A stretch of 64,000 nucleotides of DNA, taken from assembly GCA_009602735.1 (NCBI GenBank), contig WELA01003638.1, forward strand, positions 200,925 through 264,924. Reading direction: 5' to 3'. Made by a program: the position numbers and the translations under genes. The notes under the pieces were generated by a model, which saw only the letters and a list, made by a program, of their open reading frames with translations, made no database searches and was not told the origin of the DNA. Shown piece after piece: positions 62,101 through 64,000 of the stretch. Numbering within the stretch: position 1 is the stretch's first letter; the number at the start of each line of letters is the position of its first letter. This DNA comes from Mesotaenium endlicherianum. Lineage: Eukaryota.

Positions 62101-63597
62101 CACTTGTAGGTACTGGGGACAGACAAGCAGGTGGGTTCAGGACCAAGAAGAGCTCTGAGCAGGTGAATGAGGGCCACATCAAAGTGGTACCTCTTGCTTT
62201 CAGCTTCCTTCTTATAGTGCTCAGATAATATTGGGCTCCGTGATTGGTGAGCTACAGCTTTGGCAGGTCAGAGCTGATACATGCTAGTGTGGAATGTGAA
62301 CGGTATTTATTTTCGCGACAGTAGTTCGCTAGCCGGCCATATCCAGCTTGAAACCTCCGCTTAGATGGAATAAGTGTCCTGTCTCAAGGATACTGGTGGA
62401 ACAAGCACAATAAGGTGACTCAGGGTCTGAAACTCTTCATAATGGGGAAAAGCAAAATCTGCTCAACAGCTCCAGCAACGGAACTGAGGACTTTGTGTCC
62501 TTCCCTCGTTATTCTGATCCAGTCTCCAACTATGAATTAATGAACTCTGAGGGTGTCGTTAGAAATCCTTCTAGGAGAGCCCTCAGCAGTAAGACTCGAG
62601 CGAATGTCCTGATTTATTATTAGTACTTCTTCGGGTGACGACTCAAGCATTAGAAGTGACGTGCTTTCTTCCAAGAGCAGGAGGTGTCTTTATCAAAAGT
62701 AGACAGGCAGAAGTTTGCAGGCAGTATCTCCCTGCCTGCAGTACACATTTTAGTAGTAAGTTTGTGTGAAGCACTTCGTAGAGAGTGTACATATAGTTGT
62801 CCACATTCAAGAAAAGAAGTTAATAGGCTTACATTATTTCAGTGCACTTTTTTGGACTGTGCATTGTAAAGCAAGTCTACATGTTTGAAGTGAGATAATG
62901 CAACAATGTGGTCAGTGGCACACGTTGATACTGATTACGAACGGCACTTCAGAAAGTAGGGAGCTCAAGCTTCTATGCACTTGGAGAGTAATCAAATCGA
63001 CTCTGGATCTTTCCAGGATCTGTGCGCAGGCATTACATCCCGCACTAACAAAAAAAAGAAGACTGTATTGCATGGAGTACGCAACTATATGCTTCATACA
63101 GAAGCAACATTGTGATGGCTGTGGACCAACAGTTCATGCACTTAGTATCCAGACAGGTATACTCATGTTGGTAATGAAACCACTCATCATCATCAGGAAA
63201 CTTCGGCACATGTGACTTAATGATTGAGCAAGTAAGCAGCGTTATGGAGGAGGCATCTCTTTTATCAATGTGATGGGAGTCCAAAAATTCGACCGCATGA
63301 ACTTTTTTTCTGTGAGATCAACAAACCTTCCCTTGAAAACGTGCAATGCATCAAAGTGGCATCAGAGCCTTGATGGCTCTCAAAGTGATTTGCAAAAGGT
63401 TACGTGGACTACTAGCAACAAGAAGATGCACTTTCACAAAGGAACAACCTTTTTCTACCAAAACCGTTGCCACACAGCCCCCGCCCCAGACCAGGCAACA
63501 CGTGACTCTGCACACTACATGCTTGAAGTGGCACAGGCCGCAGCTTTATATACAGAAAGAATGGAGCACCTAAAGAAACCAACAAAGAATCCAGCAC

Positions 63598-63935
63598 CTA
63601 TTCCCTACCACCACCTGCAGCTGCAAACATCTTGGCAAAGTCTTTGGAGTTGACTTGCTTCATCAGATTCTGGATGCCCCCCAAGCCCCCCATCTGTTGC
63701 AGCATCTGCGGCGGAATGGCGCTGCTGAGGTGCTTGGCATTCATGTTGCGGGCCATGGCGTTCATGTCGCCCATCTTGCCCATCTTCAGGCCCTTCATCT
63801 TGCCCCAGATCTTCTCCATGCGCTTGTACTCCTCCAGCATCTCCTGGACCTCCAGCGGGTGCCGCCCGGACCCCCGCGCGACTCGCATGATCCTCTTTGG
63901 GTCCGCCAACAGCTTGGGGTTGGAGCTGTCCAGCT
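63598..63935 (-). CDS. SRP54: Last exon of signal recognition particle 54 kDa subunit (M domain)
   Basis: [37 protein letters not shown] acceptor at 63936-63937. Confidence 0.93.
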
Positions 63936-64000
63936 CTGCGCGGTTCCAGCCCCACATTTCCCGACGTGACGTAGTCAGCACCTTGTTACTTCTTTCCCTT

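Overview
Eukaryotic nuclear DNA with spliceosomal introns, plant-type genes, (GA)n microsatellites and N gaps. It is probably from a streptophyte green alga or early-diverging plant (inference). The left ~30 kb is a nested transposon pile. It holds two families of chromodomain-bearing Ty3/gypsy LTR retrotransposons (A: 1-8474 plus remnants; B: 23337-29205 and 8475-9344), a solo LTR with a TSD, an intron-containing hAT/DUF659 transposase relic and small host-gene fragments. The right ~32 kb holds host genes: an intronless low-complexity ~970-aa ORF, a many-exon MORC GHKL ATPase (- strand), an ARF1-type GTPase, a thiamine-diphosphate-carrier pseudogene, a DUF1191-like membrane protein and the last exon of SRP54. 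The most striking item is a non-env accessory ORF between pol and the 3' LTR of family A. It is present as three decayed copies of two divergent paralogue types with conserved motifs (YNEVERRS, HW[YF]PC, PTDWRW, LPPHIAxWDPRL) and is bracketed by repeated PPT-like motifs. All family assignments are from memory of motifs; no database searches were run.
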